In this document: positions 36,501 through 49,230 of the stretch, piece after piece
Position numbering within the stretch: the first letter of the stretch is position 1
Layout: each line of letters opens with the position of its first letter
NCBI GenBank assembly: GCA_036172245.1
Contig: JAYWIR010000059.1
Coordinates: forward strand, 124,001-188,000
Origin: Raillietiella orientalis
Lineage: Eukaryota
Direction: 5' to 3'
Length of the DNA: 64,000 bases
The notes under the pieces: generated by a model
Databases searched by the model: none
Seen by the model: only the letters and a program-made list of their open reading frames with translations
What the model was told of the DNA's origin: nothing
Position numbers and translations under genes: made by a program

Positions 36501-39500
36501 GGAAGGGAAAGAGGAACGAATTTCACGAAAGGGTGGCAGCGAATGGGAGGGGAAGAGGCAAAAAGGACGGTGAGAGGTTTGTCCTCCGAATGTCCTCGGG
36601 GGGGGGGGGCGCCCTTCCTCCCTCTTTTCCCCGGTTCGGCGACCCTCGAAGGGACTCTGCGAATACGCCGCCCTCCTTCTCCGGCAGGGGCAACGGGGAG
36701 GTCGGGGCTGCTTGTCGCCTCCTCCCCCCCTCCCTTTTCCGGGATAAGGGGGAATGGATGCCAGTGGGACCTCTGGTAACCCTCAGAGCCTCCCTCCGTC
36801 GGGTGCAACCCCCAGTCCTCCGGAGAACCTCCTCCGTCGCTAGGCAAGCGGGCGACCGAAGCGGGCGCCAGCGTTGCTGCCCTTCAAAGGAAGGGTGGCA
36901 ATGCTAGAGCTTTCCGGTTGGCGTGATCCTGCGAGAGGGTGGGGCATGCGGGAGTCTTGGCGGTGTGCGAACACAACGGGCGCAGGTTGGTTTACATGGA
37001 AGCGACCTCCTCCTCCTACCCACCAGCCGGCAACAAATGCAGGTGCTGCGAAGGTCACTGGAGAGGAGTGAAGCAGGCAAGCCGACGAGGAGAGAGAAAG
37101 TGGGGTATGGGGAGGGGAGGGTGACGTCAGCCGGCAAGCAGCGGGCGTGCTTTCTCTCTCCCTCCTCACCCAGTGACATCCCTACTTCACCCCCTTCTGG
37201 TGAAGCGCAATGGGAGTAAAGGGAGGCAGGACGAGAGGGACGAGAGTGAGGAAATCGCTGCGCCTCCCCCTCCACTCCCTATCCCCCCCCCTCGCGGATG
37301 CTCCCCACCCTCCCCTGAGTCGTCGCGGAAGAGATCCCGCACGATCCTCCCGAGCGTGGTCTACCCCAGAAAAAGCGCCCCTTTAGGGAATTCCCTCGAC
37401 TCACACCGATACCTGGGAAGGGCGCTCTCGCTTTCCGGAGGCGGGAAAAGAGGGCCTCGCGCGCGGGGTAGGGGGAGGGAGAAGAGGAGAACCGAAAGCA
37501 CGCGGCAGAGAGGCGTCCGTCCGCACCCCTTCGACGAGCGGACAGGGACGACAAGGCGGTCCTCCTGGAGGCTAAGGAAGGGGACGGAGCAAGGAGAGGA
37601 AAGAGAGTATGGGACGGGGGCGTCCCCCTGCCCCTCGTGGTACTCACTCGGATCCTGCGCATCGCAGCCACGATCTCCACCCGGCTCTCCGGCTTGGGGA
37701 TGTCCAGCGTCCCGATGTACTGAAAGACAGGAGAGTGCAGCCACCGGACCAGAACTTCCGGCGGATCCGTCGCTGCCCAGTTTTCTTTTTCCTCCTCCTC
37801 CCGTTTTCTAACGGAGGATCTAGCGAAAAGGAACGCAGCGTCGCCACCGGCAGCACCGAGCAGGTTAGGGGTCGACACACGCAGGAGGGGGAAAGGGGGG
37901 GAAGAAACGGGAGTCGGGGGTGGGGAGGAATGGAAGGGGCGGAAGGCGTGAGGGTTGGAAGGTCGGGCGAGGTCCCTTCCAGCGACAACTCAGGATGGGG
38001 GGGGGGGGCAGACTGGGGAAGGGAAGGGCGCGGCGGTTTCCTCGCATCGTGTCCTCCATGGAGAGGCTCCCGTGAACTTCGTGCCACTCCATTAACAGGA
38101 ACGGGGAGAGCCGGCTTCTCGCCGGAAACGCCCGTCCTCCTGAACGACGGGATGCCGGCCCGAAGCACGGCCTGTGAAAAGGGGAGCGCGCAGTGTCCCC
38201 TCGGGAGATGATGACGTGACTCGATGACCTCCCCAGGAGGCTGAGGAAGGAGCAGGCCCTGGAGGACCACCTCTGCTCCTCCGGGGTCTGCTCCAAAGCA
38301 CTCCCACCCTCGCCGGGTCGGCCGAGGTCGGAGAGTCAGCCCCTAACGCTCACCTCCGGGGGCGAGGAGCTGCCCTGCCTCCCTTCGGGCTTCCGAGAGG
38401 GCACCCTGAGAAAAGGGGGAAGGGCGGCGAGCCCTCTCTTCTCGCCTCGAAGCTTCGCAGTTCTTCCTGAACCGAGAGGGTGAGCTGCTGGAGGGAGCCC
38501 TTGCCGCCAGCAGCGTCCAGTGCACGCGGTCCGCCCTCCCCCCCGGCCGCGGCGGGCAGCCCTGGGGCAACGTGAAGGCGTCCCTCCTTTTCTGCTCTTC
38601 TGAAGGGGTTGCGCGCGCGCACCCTGGCCGGTACGTCGACACGCAACCGCCGCCTCCTCTGAGCGGGGAGGGAGGAACTGCCGAGGGGGGGAGGGAGGGG
38701 GAAACGAAGACGCCCCCGCTGTCCTAAGCCTCCGCCTCACCTGGACCACGCACGACCGGCAGCGGATGCCATGCCTTCTGGCCGGCGTGCCCCGAGGGTC
38801 GATATCGTGCGTGGGTGGGAGGGGACACCTGCAAGCGTCCCACATGCCCTCCGGCGTTGTGCTGCTGCTACGTAGAGGGGAGCAGCTGGGTGAGGAGAAA
38901 AAGAGGAAACAGGCACAAGCGTCCCGGAAGCAAGATGAGAGCTCTGGGGACAAGGACGGAAAGGAGAGCGCGAAAGCAGGGCCGTCCTTCGCGTTCACCG
39001 CAGGCTAGGCGAGTCGGCGGCGACGACGGGGTGTTCAGGGTGGGGTGGAGAGTGAGGACGAAGGAAGGGGAACCCGATCGTTCCAGCCCCAGCGTCGGAA
39101 AGCGACGGGAGACCGCCCGGGGGGGGGGGGGGCGAAGCGTGACAGTGTCCGCGGCTTCTCGGGTGTGGTCGGCAGAACTCCGAAGGCGCGCCGTCACGGA
39201 GAGGCGTCGCCGGAGCACGAACGAGGGAACCCCCGCAAGCGACAGCCCCCTCCCACTGCTCGCGATGTTTGCACTGCAGGATGCTAGGAGCGGTCCGCTC
39301 CTCGCATCCTGCATCGCGAGCAGTGGGAAGGGGAGAGGGAAAGCAGAGGGCAAGAAACGGCAAAGGCCGAGAAAAAAAGGACACGCCGCCTCTGGTCTTC
39401 CTCGCGTTCCTCGGAATGTGCCATACATCCCCGGCCGAGCTCCACGAGAGGCTGGGTAAGAAGGCCGCACGGCAGCCATTGGCGCCCTTGGCTTGATGAA

Positions 39501-41853
39501 TCACCTCGGAAGCACGAAAAGAGGAAGGAACGCTTTCAATGCGCGCGCGCGCGCTCGCCTGTTTATCCGAAGACGAGAAATGGGAGGAGAAATTCGCTTT
39601 AAAAATGTGCAACAATGATAGCAATAATAATAATAAATGTATGCTATTATTACAACAACAACAAAGACGCTTGTCGGAAAACTCCCTCCAGGAAGGAATT
39701 TCGGCGCGCCAGAATGCGCCTGAAGAAACAAAGCGGTTTTCGGGCTTCCAGCGGTCACAAGGAAGACGGCTCTGGAATTCCGCGTTCCAAAGAAAAACAC
39801 ACGTGCTAGAAGAGCACCGCTCTGCACGACGGGAAAGGAAAGAAAGAGCAAGGGGAAAGAGGGGAAAATGCCTCCGAAGAACAAAAAGACAAGAAAAAAA
39901 AAAATGAAAGCGGCGGGTGCGCGTTTATGTACGCGGCGGTGAGCAGCCAATCATCCGGGAGCCAGCAACAATGGTTCCGTGGGTCCGCAACGATCGGTTC
40001 CATCGCGGAACCGTTAAGTCCTACAGGGATTGGCAAGTGGAGGGAGGGAGGGGTAGGAAGGCAAGAATGAACCTGCCGAGGAAGTGTGGCTGCTGAGACT
40101 CTGCAAGTAGTCCTCCTTAGAGTGAGCGACTCCTGGAACCGCGGAGACTGCGAGCGAAGCAGTCAGAAGGAAAGCAGCGATGGACCGCGGTTAGGACAGG
40201 ATGAGGTGGCGGACGCGAGACGGTAGCGCGCGCCTAGAGAAAAAGCCGCCTGGACGAGGTCCGGGCGAAGGCGCGCTCTCTCGGGACACGGACACCTCAA
40301 GGAGCACGTCTTGTTCCAGCATTCCCGCTGAGGCAGCTCGCAGACAGGCCAGCAACTGCCCTCGCTGGGAGGAAAGGGGCTTCTGTGGCAGCGACCGGAG
40401 ACAGCCGCCCACTTCGCTTCCCGGAAACGCCGAGGGAGTGCGCGCCCGCCGATCAACTGGAAGTTGTTGGGGACGGACGCATGCAGCCATGGACTCCTCC
40501 CTCCCAAGTCAGCATGGCATTCCGAAACTGTCACCTAGATCATTTTCGCCGGGCGGATCCTACGACGTTGGGAGGATCGGCACAGCACCTCTGACGATTC
40601 GGTCCGTTCTGACCTTTCCCACCTCTCTTCCCGGGAAGCGGAGAGCATCGGTCGTCCGGTGTCACTCGCAACCCCTCGGCTGAGAGGCAAGGCGTCTGAG
40701 GTCCGCCTTCCAAAAGGGCAAGGAGAAGCCTTTCGCTTTTCGCCCTTCTCCCCTCGAGCGGCAGCGCGGCCTGGCCCACGCATTGTCTAACCTCTTCCCC
40801 ACCTGGGCCGAAGGTCGAGGGCGGAGACACTGGGAATGCCATCACTGTCGATAGGGGAGCAGACAGACAGAGCAGAGGCCGAGAGGTGCGACGCCTCGCC
40901 GGAAGCGGAAACGCTTCCTCCTTGGAGAATACCCGTGCCGTTTCCCTCAGGGCGAGGACGTCGACACTCCAAGCAATTGCGGGCAGATCAGCCCTGCCTC
41001 CCCCTCTTCCCTTCACCTCACAACCACCGTTCATGAATTTTCCGAAAGCTGGAGTGGGGTGGCAGAACGCCCTGCAGACTAAAGCATCCAGCCGCTTCCC
41101 TGCTCCCGTTCCAGAGGGGGAAAGGAACCCAAAAAGCTGCAGCTGCTCTTCTCCTTGCCCTTGAGATGAGAGGTCTCCACGAGAACAGGAGGGGGCGAAA
41201 CGGGCAGGCCAGGAGGGAATGCGGCCGGGAAACGGCGGGAGTAACAGCAGAGGCGCGGGACGGAAATCCCGAAATAGCGTGTTCCACGCTGGGAGACGGA
41301 AATAAACCTGGAGAACGCGTTCCGCGCGCAAGGATGCGTCTCACGCCGGCATCCACAGTGGGGAAGGGAAGGGAAAAGGGAATGAAAAGGGAAGGAGGGG
41401 GAGAAGGGGGGGGAGGGGAATGGAAGCAAGGAGGGGGAAGCGACCAACTGCCGAGCGCCGCGTCCTTTGCCGGGAAGGCGGGGGAGGGGGAGGCCCGCAC
41501 ACTCGCGCTTGCGCCCAGGCCCGACACCAGCACGCGCGTGCGTTTCCTTGCGTGCTCTCCCACGAGGACTGGCGTGCGCGGTAACGGTCCTTCCTGCCCA
41601 CCGATCTTCCCCCCTGCGAAGCCGACAACGCCGCAGGTCTTCTCCTCCCCCCAAAAGGGACCGATCGGAGACCCCAGCACTCCGCGGGGGGCAAACTCAT
41701 GCCGTCGCCGGGATGAAGCCCCCTTCACCCTTCCCCCGCGCTCACCTTAGCCGGAAAGGTGATCCCGTGGCGGAAGGCTTCTTCCGGGTGCAGCGGGATA
41801 CGCACGTCCAGATCGTCGCTGCGCACCAGGCTGTACTGCTTCCTAGAGGGCAT
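32325..41853 (-). CDS. NOS1AP: CAPON/NOS1AP (DYC-1-like) PTB-domain adaptor, ~464 aa
   Basis: Exons (5'->3'): 41853-41746, 37719-37648, 36498-36406, 36353-36198, 33504-33402, 33354-33248, 33201-33019, 32974-32885, 32807-32325, all GT-AG with compatible phases. Peptides [91 protein letters not shown]. Confidence 0.93.
36198..36498 (-). CDS. NOS1AP: CAPON exons 3-4 (52-nt intron at 36354-36405)
   Basis: [31 protein letters not shown] and [35 protein letters not shown]...NVFKSLKK. Confidence 0.93.
37648..37719 (-). CDS. NOS1AP: CAPON coding exon 2
   Basis: tttcag|[24 protein letters not shown]|gtgagt, 72 nt. Confidence 0.95.
39246..39333. repeat. Near-perfect palindrome / hairpin in CAPON intron 1
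   Basis: 39251-39267 pairs with 39312-39328 (17 bp), 39277-39284 with 39304-39311, and 39286-39293 with 39295-39302. Confidence 0.9.
41746..41853 (-). CDS. NOS1AP: CAPON coding exon 1
   Basis: [36 protein letters not shown]|gtgag. An in-frame ATG also lies at 41859. Confidence 0.92.
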
Positions 41854-41859
41854 CGTCAT

Positions 41860-42500
41860 GCACGGGGGGTCCCCTCGGCGCGAGCGCCGCCAGGAGCGCG
41901 CGAGTGCTCGCACCGCGCTCGGCACGCCATGAGAGCCGCGAGAGAACTGATCGCAGCGCCTCCCGATGGGACGGCCGAGAAACCGCCGGCCGAGCTGCGG
42001 CTCCGCAGCGCTCGCTGGCGCATCGCCGCGGCCGCACCGAAAGTCCGAGCATAAGTCGAGAGAGCCCTGAGCTGGGTCGCTCTACCCCTCCGCTCCCCTT
42101 CCTCGGCACGCTCCCGTCCCCCGAAAGAGGAAGGAGACGCACAGCTGCGCGCGCGCGCGCGCGTCGCGCGGCTCGCGTAAAGCAAAGGTGGCGACGCTGT
42201 CGTCACGTGACCTCAGGGGAAACACGTGGTCCATGCTCCCGCGAGAGCGCCCCAAGGGATGCCCGCAGTCGAAGCGCGGCGGCAGCGGCGTTGCCGCTGG
42301 AGGGGAAACCTCAGAACAGGAAGGGGGGGAGGCGCTGCTCACCCTCCCCCTTCCCCATTCGCTTTCTCTCTCTGGGGGTTCGTCTGCTGCCGTAACATCG
42401 CAGCGCTCGGCCGTCAGGCTGCTCTCGAGGCCGAGCTCCTCGACTGACGCGATGATGGAGAAACTTTCCCCTAGAGAAACCTCCTGCGGCTCTGCAGCAC
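41860..42500 (-). promoter_or_regulatory. CpG-island-like CAPON 5'/promoter region with (CG)n run and E-boxes
   Basis: Very GC- and CpG-rich. (GC)n run at ~42147-42170, GTCACGTGAC at 42202-42211, CACGTG at 42223-42228. Confidence 0.45.
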
Positions 42501-45379
42501 TCGCTCGCACATCCCTCTAGGGATGCACGAGCTGTTTGCTCCCTCGCCATCTGCCGGCTTTTTAGAAAGAGGACCACGCGGTCAGCCCCTGAATCCACCC
42601 GGTCCTCCGCGAATCCCAGGGGCAGGGGATCCAGGAGCGGGAGGATATTCACAGTCCCCAGAGCGAGGAACTCCTCGCCCCAGGACACGGTACGGGTTTC
42701 CTTAGGCCGCCGCTCCCGTGCAGTCGCTACCCAGCACGCAACCTTCCTGCTGCGCGTCCATCACATGAAGCAGGGTCGCTTCGTGCAAGCTATGCACGCT
42801 GCAGCGAGCAGCTGCTCCTCTCTCCCCCCCCTTCTCTCTCTCCCCTTTCTACTCGTCTTGGCCTATCCCATTTTCTCCTCCGCCCGCCCCTCTCCGGCGG
42901 GCTGGGATCGCTCCACAGTTCGACGGCTGGGATGGGTTGCCGAGGGATACACCCCTCCAGCCTACGGCGGAATCAGGGATCGGAAGCGTGGAGGAAGACG
43001 AGGCCGTACGGGAAGGCGGGAGATCCGACGGCGGTGGTAGCGCTCCTGTGGGGAAAAAAGGAAGAGTTCGGAGATCGCTCGCTAGATGGCAGGCTCATCT
43101 GGAGGAGTGGAGGGAGAGAGGCGCGCGTGATCCACACAGCAAGACCTTCGAGGTGGCCCGCGTTTTTTTTTGCCTTCTGTTTTTTCAGTTGCTTTGTTTC
43201 TTTCGGTGACGATGGGAGCACAAGGGAGGATGCCATGTTGCGTATGTATGCTCATGCCAAAGACAATGACCTGCGACACGGAGGAGGGGAGGAGGTGAAG
43301 GAAAAAGGATCGCTGGAGCCCGAGGGAAAAGAGAAAACATTCCCTTCTACGTCGGTCTCTGTCCCTTTTGAACCTCCTCCCTTCTTCATTCCTCCCTTGC
43401 ACCTCCCCTCACCCTCAGCGGACCGCATCTTCTCTCGTGGCTGACAAGGAGAAGGAATTGAGGACGTGCTGGATGCGCCGTGTCAGGAAGAGTGGAGGGA
43501 GGGAAGGAGTTCCCTGGCTTTTCTGGAAGGGCTTGTGCGGTCCCTGTACAATGCAAACGCTGGCTGAGGGGAGGTTCTTCCCCTGGACACGGTTCCTCCT
43601 GCACACCGCAGAGGGAGGGACACTCGCTCTCGGTGGACAGCTTTGAGAGCGGGAGGGGAGAGGCAGGGTGACGTGGGGGTCTCTCCTAGGAGATGGAGGG
43701 AGGAGGGTGGTGGAGAAGGAATATGGGTCGTGCCCACTCTCCGCAGGAAGTCTCTCTTCCTCCTCTCGTTCTGCATCCTTGGTCCTTCTTTCCCTCCCCC
43801 TCCCTCTTCCCCTGGGGAAGGAGGAGACGGCCCAGAGTCGCTGCCACCACTCTGGCGCAGCTTTCCTTTCTGCCAAGGGGAAGCCGCCATCCTCCGATCG
43901 TCCGTCCAGGAGATCCAGGAATCTCCCCACGTGCGGACGCCCAGTTCTAGCAAGGTGCTGGGCGGAGGAGGGAGGAAAGGGTGAGGCGTGAGGGGAGACC
44001 ATCATGATGGTCTCCCCTCGGGATGGGATGGAGGGCCGCTCGACGATAGGAGCGCTTCAGCAGCCGTCGAGCGAACCGTTCGCGCTTGGCGTTGGGGTGG
44101 GGATCCGTCCAAAAAAATGTATGGGAGAGCGGACCCTGAGTGGACGGGAGGCTGGGGAACTCTCACCGCCCCTCCACAAAGGGAATGGGGAGGGGAGGGA
44201 AGTCTGGATAGAGTGGCTGATGGACTCCCCTCCTCCTCCTGCCTGCCTCTCTGGCAGCAGTAGGAAGCCGTTGTTTTTTTTTTTTTTTTGGAGGGGAGGG
44301 GAGGGAGTGGACAGCTCACCTCGCTCTCCTTTTCCCTCCTTCCGTCTCCCTCCCACTGCGGAGTCTGCGGAACCACAGGCAGCCTCCTCTGCACTCCCGT
44401 GAGGGAGCTTCTAGCTCTCCCCCTCCCCCTCCTCCTGCACTCCTCGCTCGGGCCGCCATCCACCCTACTCTGGGGCTCCCATCCCTTCCCGAGCTTCCTA
44501 ACCCCCCCCCCCCCCTCCGCCGCACGAGTTCAGCTGCCGTCGTTCCGTCTAAGGGAAGACCGAGGGGTGCTCTCGGCCGTTGCGCGCGAGCGAGCGGAGG
44601 AGCGCCGCCTGTTTTCCCCGAGGAGAGACGCTCGGCGCGCGCGCCGCTTCTCCTTTTCCCGGTCGTGCTCGCTCGAGGCTGTCCCGCTTTCGGGGACCGT
44701 CCCGTGCGGAGGCAGCTCCAAGGAGCTCGGAAGGCAGGAACCGCGAGTGGCGCCTCCGCGAGAGCCTCATCTGCCGGCGGCCGCTTCGTCTTGTCCCGAA
44801 GAGGACGCGGGGATGTCCTCCCCGCGCGTTCTCTCGCCACTGCCGAGCTCTCGCGCTCGGATGACGCAGACGTCGGTCGCCCGGCACCCTGGGAGGATCC
44901 GGCGGACCTTTCGGTTGGCGGCACGCTGAGGAAGATGGCAGAACAGGATGCTTCAAAGGAAAGGGCAGAGATCCGAAGTTCAGGCGCGAGTTTCCCGAAG
45001 TGGTGGTGGGAGGATGCATCGTGATTAACACGCGCTTGGAGCGGCTGGACGAACCTGCCTTCTGCAGGACCCATCGCCGAGGCGAGCACCGGCATCACGA
45101 GCTCCGGAGGTTTCAAGACCGTCTTGAAACAGCCTCGAGGGATTCGCGACCAGAGATGGCGCTAACGTCTTAAGGATGATCATGCCGATGAATCAACGTT
45201 ATACGTTGATGATCGTGATGTTAATCCTGACCATAATGATTCAGCAATGTCCCAGCACCCATACAGTGCTGAAAGAATGGCAGAGCAACCAACCGGAATG
45301 AACCGTCCAGCCCGACAGGCAAAGGAAGTCTGGTTTCTTGTTGATCACATCTGAGGTCATGAATTTGGCAAAGGCACCA

Positions 45380-46200
45380 CTATGTGTCTTAGCCTTTGCC
45401 TTCTTTACTTCTGTGCTTGTGCTCGAGCGCCCGATTCTAAAATTATCTCCAAACACCCTTAAAATTATCCCATTTCAAAACATGCCGCAGTCGATCCTTA
45501 GTTTCTTGTATCGGCCCTTTGGTAAGCTCATCGAAAGGTTCAGCTGCTGAGAAAATTCGGAGCTGATTCAACCAGACAGTCGAATGTATCTGCTGACAAG
45601 GAACATTCTGGTTCCCTGTTTTGATCTCGCCAATCTGGCTGCAGGATGCTGAGAATTCATGACATCCATCAGAGAAGGATACGACATCATTGATAGGCAT
45701 CTGTCGCAAACGACTCAGACGAGAGTTAGGAACTCATTAGTGAAGAGTGGAATTTCTGATGTGGATTCTCGGATCCTTCAGGCTAAGTTAATGATTCATC
45801 AAAGATGATGACTGCACCACCACTATGCATCCAGCTTTTCGACATCATGAAACACTTCGAGGAAGCTTTGAGTTCTAGCGCTCTGCCCAATGAGAAACTG
45901 ATCTCACCTTCTCTGCAATCGGGCAGAGATTACCTTCTGAGTATCATTCTGCTTGGAAACACATCGTTCCCAAGGTACTGGATTCTTTGGAAAATTGCGA
46001 TTAAAATGACCTTGACTGAATATGTTGTTTCGGACGTGAAATTCATGGCAAATTATTTTGATTTATTTATAATTTTGTGCACAAAAGCAAGGAAGAAACT
46101 TCAACATCATGATGCATTCATTACTTCGTGCAGCTCACTGCTCCGCTCATGTATTTATTTTGTTGCTTTTTTCCTGAGATTTCAATAGCATCACTATCCA
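45380..46200 (+). mobile_element. Possible decayed CR1/Jockey-like RT remnant
   Basis: Weak peptide hints only (LAFAFFTSV, and an SG...ILG-like segment at ~45745-45780). Confidence 0.2.
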
Positions 46201-49200
46201 TTCTTCACAGCAGTCGGAATAATTAATTGTTCATTTTAAAGATTCTGTATTAAGGAAGCAAAAATGCTCACTAAGCAACAACTGTTCTTTCCTTCTGTGA
46301 TGACTTCTGTGATCTGACCAGATAAAATGCTATCAAAATGAAATAAAAAATCTAAAACTTCGGGTAAGCGGAGAAATTCAATGGAAATTCCTCTCCAGTT
46401 TTTTTTTTCTATTCGTGATGATGATGCTCCTATTTTTTTACAGCAAGGGAACAAAAGAAACTAAGCAAAATGCTTCTTCGGACTTGTTCCAGATTATGTT
46501 GAACAGGGATCTTACAAAATAAAAATGGAAAGAGCTGCTTTCAAAATAAATTTGCAGAAAAAAAATACATTCGCAATTCGAAACAAAAATAAATCACATG
46601 ATCTGAAACAAAAATGCATCATTTGACTGTTGTTGGGAGCAATAAAATATGTAGGACATTGAAAGCGAAAAGCCCAAATTTAAGAAATGCTGCTTCCATA
46701 ATTCGTTAGGTTCTTTAAGTTTAGACACAGAAGGAGACACCGTTTCTGTGTAATCAGGAATTCAAAGAAAGTGGCAAAGTTTTCCCTTCTAACAGTTGCA
46801 GGCACTACCATGGAAGGCTAGGGTACTAAATTAAAGGACATAAAAGGAAGACTAGCTATTTGGGAAAAAATGGACCAAGTGTTCGATGCTAACTCTTCAG
46901 AACAACACATCCGTGTTCTTTCATATATTGTGTTCATCTGACTGGCCGATAGAAAGCCATTAGTGATTGCTGAGTAAACCTCCACGGCTGCCTTGAAAAT
47001 GAAAACGAAATGAATGATGAATCCATGTAGTCATTCCGGTAAGTTAAAATCCAGTCATTTCGAAATTTCTAATTACATTTCGACTTATAGTAGTATTGTG
47101 ATACAAAAGCCAAATGTACAAATACTTAAAATTTTTTTTTTTTAGCAACTGGTAAGAGGGAAGCCCGTTTTAGTGTCAGGTGCAGGGAATGCTAGCAGCT
47201 CAAATAAAGAATCCGATGCAATTTTTATTCTAAATTAGAAACCTAATCCTGAAATTTGTACCTAGAAATTATTTCGAAAAACAGATGTGGAGTAGCATCA
47301 AAAGCGTCTATTTTTTCATTCGATTCAAAGTCATTCCATCGTCCTGGATTGGAGCTTTGGATTTTTGGCAGGAACCCCCCCTGTCCTCCATCTAAAACCG
47401 AGAGCTTTTTTGTCTTCGGAAGTAATGAATAACCAATTCGAATTTTTCACAAATGATATTGAAAGAAACCAAATAATGCTTGATAAAAGTATCGTGTTTT
47501 ATTTCTGTCACTGGTTTTTAAATTAATACTGATCTCTTGAAAACTGCTTTTTTGGATCAGATTTTCATTTCTAATTTCTTGGCCGATTCAGGATTGTTCA
47601 ACTGATTGAATAAAGGGCTATTTAGAAGAAAAAAAAAAGGTACATTCAGAATTGTTCAAAATGTCCATATTTCGAGCAGTATTTCAGAAAATCAAGTGAT
47701 ACACTTTTACAGAAATACAAGTAAATTAAATTTACTTTAAATTGATGCTCTATATGCATGTCTTCCAGTTTAATGCATGTGATTACGATTCATTACAATA
47801 AGCAGTTAAGCAGTTGTTTACAGTAAGTGTTTGTTTTCTTTAGTCATGAAATTCAGCAAGCTCATAATCAAAGAAATGATGCCTGCTCAACTTAGAATGC
47901 TCGGTTTATCTCTGATTCCTCAAATGCATTGATGGAATCAATTCAGGAAAACTGAATTTTTGAAATTGTTCATGAAAGGAAAGTTCGTGTTTCATCGTAG
48001 GGAAGTATGTCTGTAATCGCAGAAATTTACTTGAAAGAAATGTACTGCATCAAAAGGGGAAAAATTCTGCACAGATAGATGTGTAGGACGCTAGCAAGTG
48101 CAATTCAACAAAATGTTGAATTGTGAGAGCTTTGAGAGATGCCGTTTAGGAAACTGGTGATCCAATGCACACGCAGAAGGAACATGAAATCGAGGAGTAC
48201 GAAAATCTCTTGAAATTTTGCGGCACTTGAGAGCTTTGGTTTGAACCTGAAAATTCGTGAACGACGATAAAATTAAAGAAATGCTCTTGCAATGAGAGCG
48301 TGGAACCGAGGTTCCACCCGCATGAATCTGTCGGCAAACATTCGCTTTAACGAATTTCCCCAATCACTTATCTTAATATCAGACAAATTTTGCAGAATTT
48401 CCCATCTGTCTCGAAATGCAGGTCAAGCCACGCAAATTCCTGATGTGAACTTTAGCGGGCTCCAACGTCTATGCCCAGCGGTATGCTACGTTTGTTTCCT
48501 GTTCTTCTGGAGAGCGAGTCGTCAGCTGCATGTAGGAGTTATCACATTAAGCTTCCGTATTTCGTACAAGCCTATGTTTGCTTATCTTGAAAATACGGAA
48601 CTGGATTCATTTCCCCTTAATGACATAGTCTGTCCGAAAGCTCCTTGGATTTTGTACCTTAATCACTGTTTACAAAAAAGGTACAGAATGCTTTGCCAAA
48701 AGATGAATTGCTTTGGTGTCATACGAGATAGGTGTGCGTTGTTGCGCAATGAGCCAAGCTCCAATCCTAAATTAGTTAATTCCTAAAAACTTGCAAGAGA
48801 ACAGACAATAACCATAAGCAACATCAAGGTGTTTTAAGTAAACACAAGTTATATAAATATCACATTCATAATTCTGTATTTTGGTCAAGTACAATTTTTG
48901 CAGCGACAAAATCAATAACAACACAAAAATATATTTTAACAAAAATCTCAAGTCACAGTATAAGTCCAACGTTTGCTTGGCAGTGCTCATTGAATGCTGT
49001 ATGATAATATCCAGCAATAGGCATACTATAGGCATACAATACTATCTATAGGCGCCAGCCTATAGATCATAATTCATCTATTGCCAGAGCAATTGTAAGT
49101 GCTCTGCCCGAATGAGATCGCTACTGGACACAGTAATGTTGACAAGTCGGGAGGCACCAGTGGTGAAAATCGAGCGCAAACGTTGGCGAGCAAAGGCGAG

Positions 49201-49230
49201 ATCATCCTGAGTTACTGGCAGTGTGATGCG

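Noticed and set aside
36500..45100. Long ORFs in CAPON introns and upstream region
   Set aside because: Low-complexity translations of GC-rich, purine/pyrimidine-tract DNA with no family motifs.
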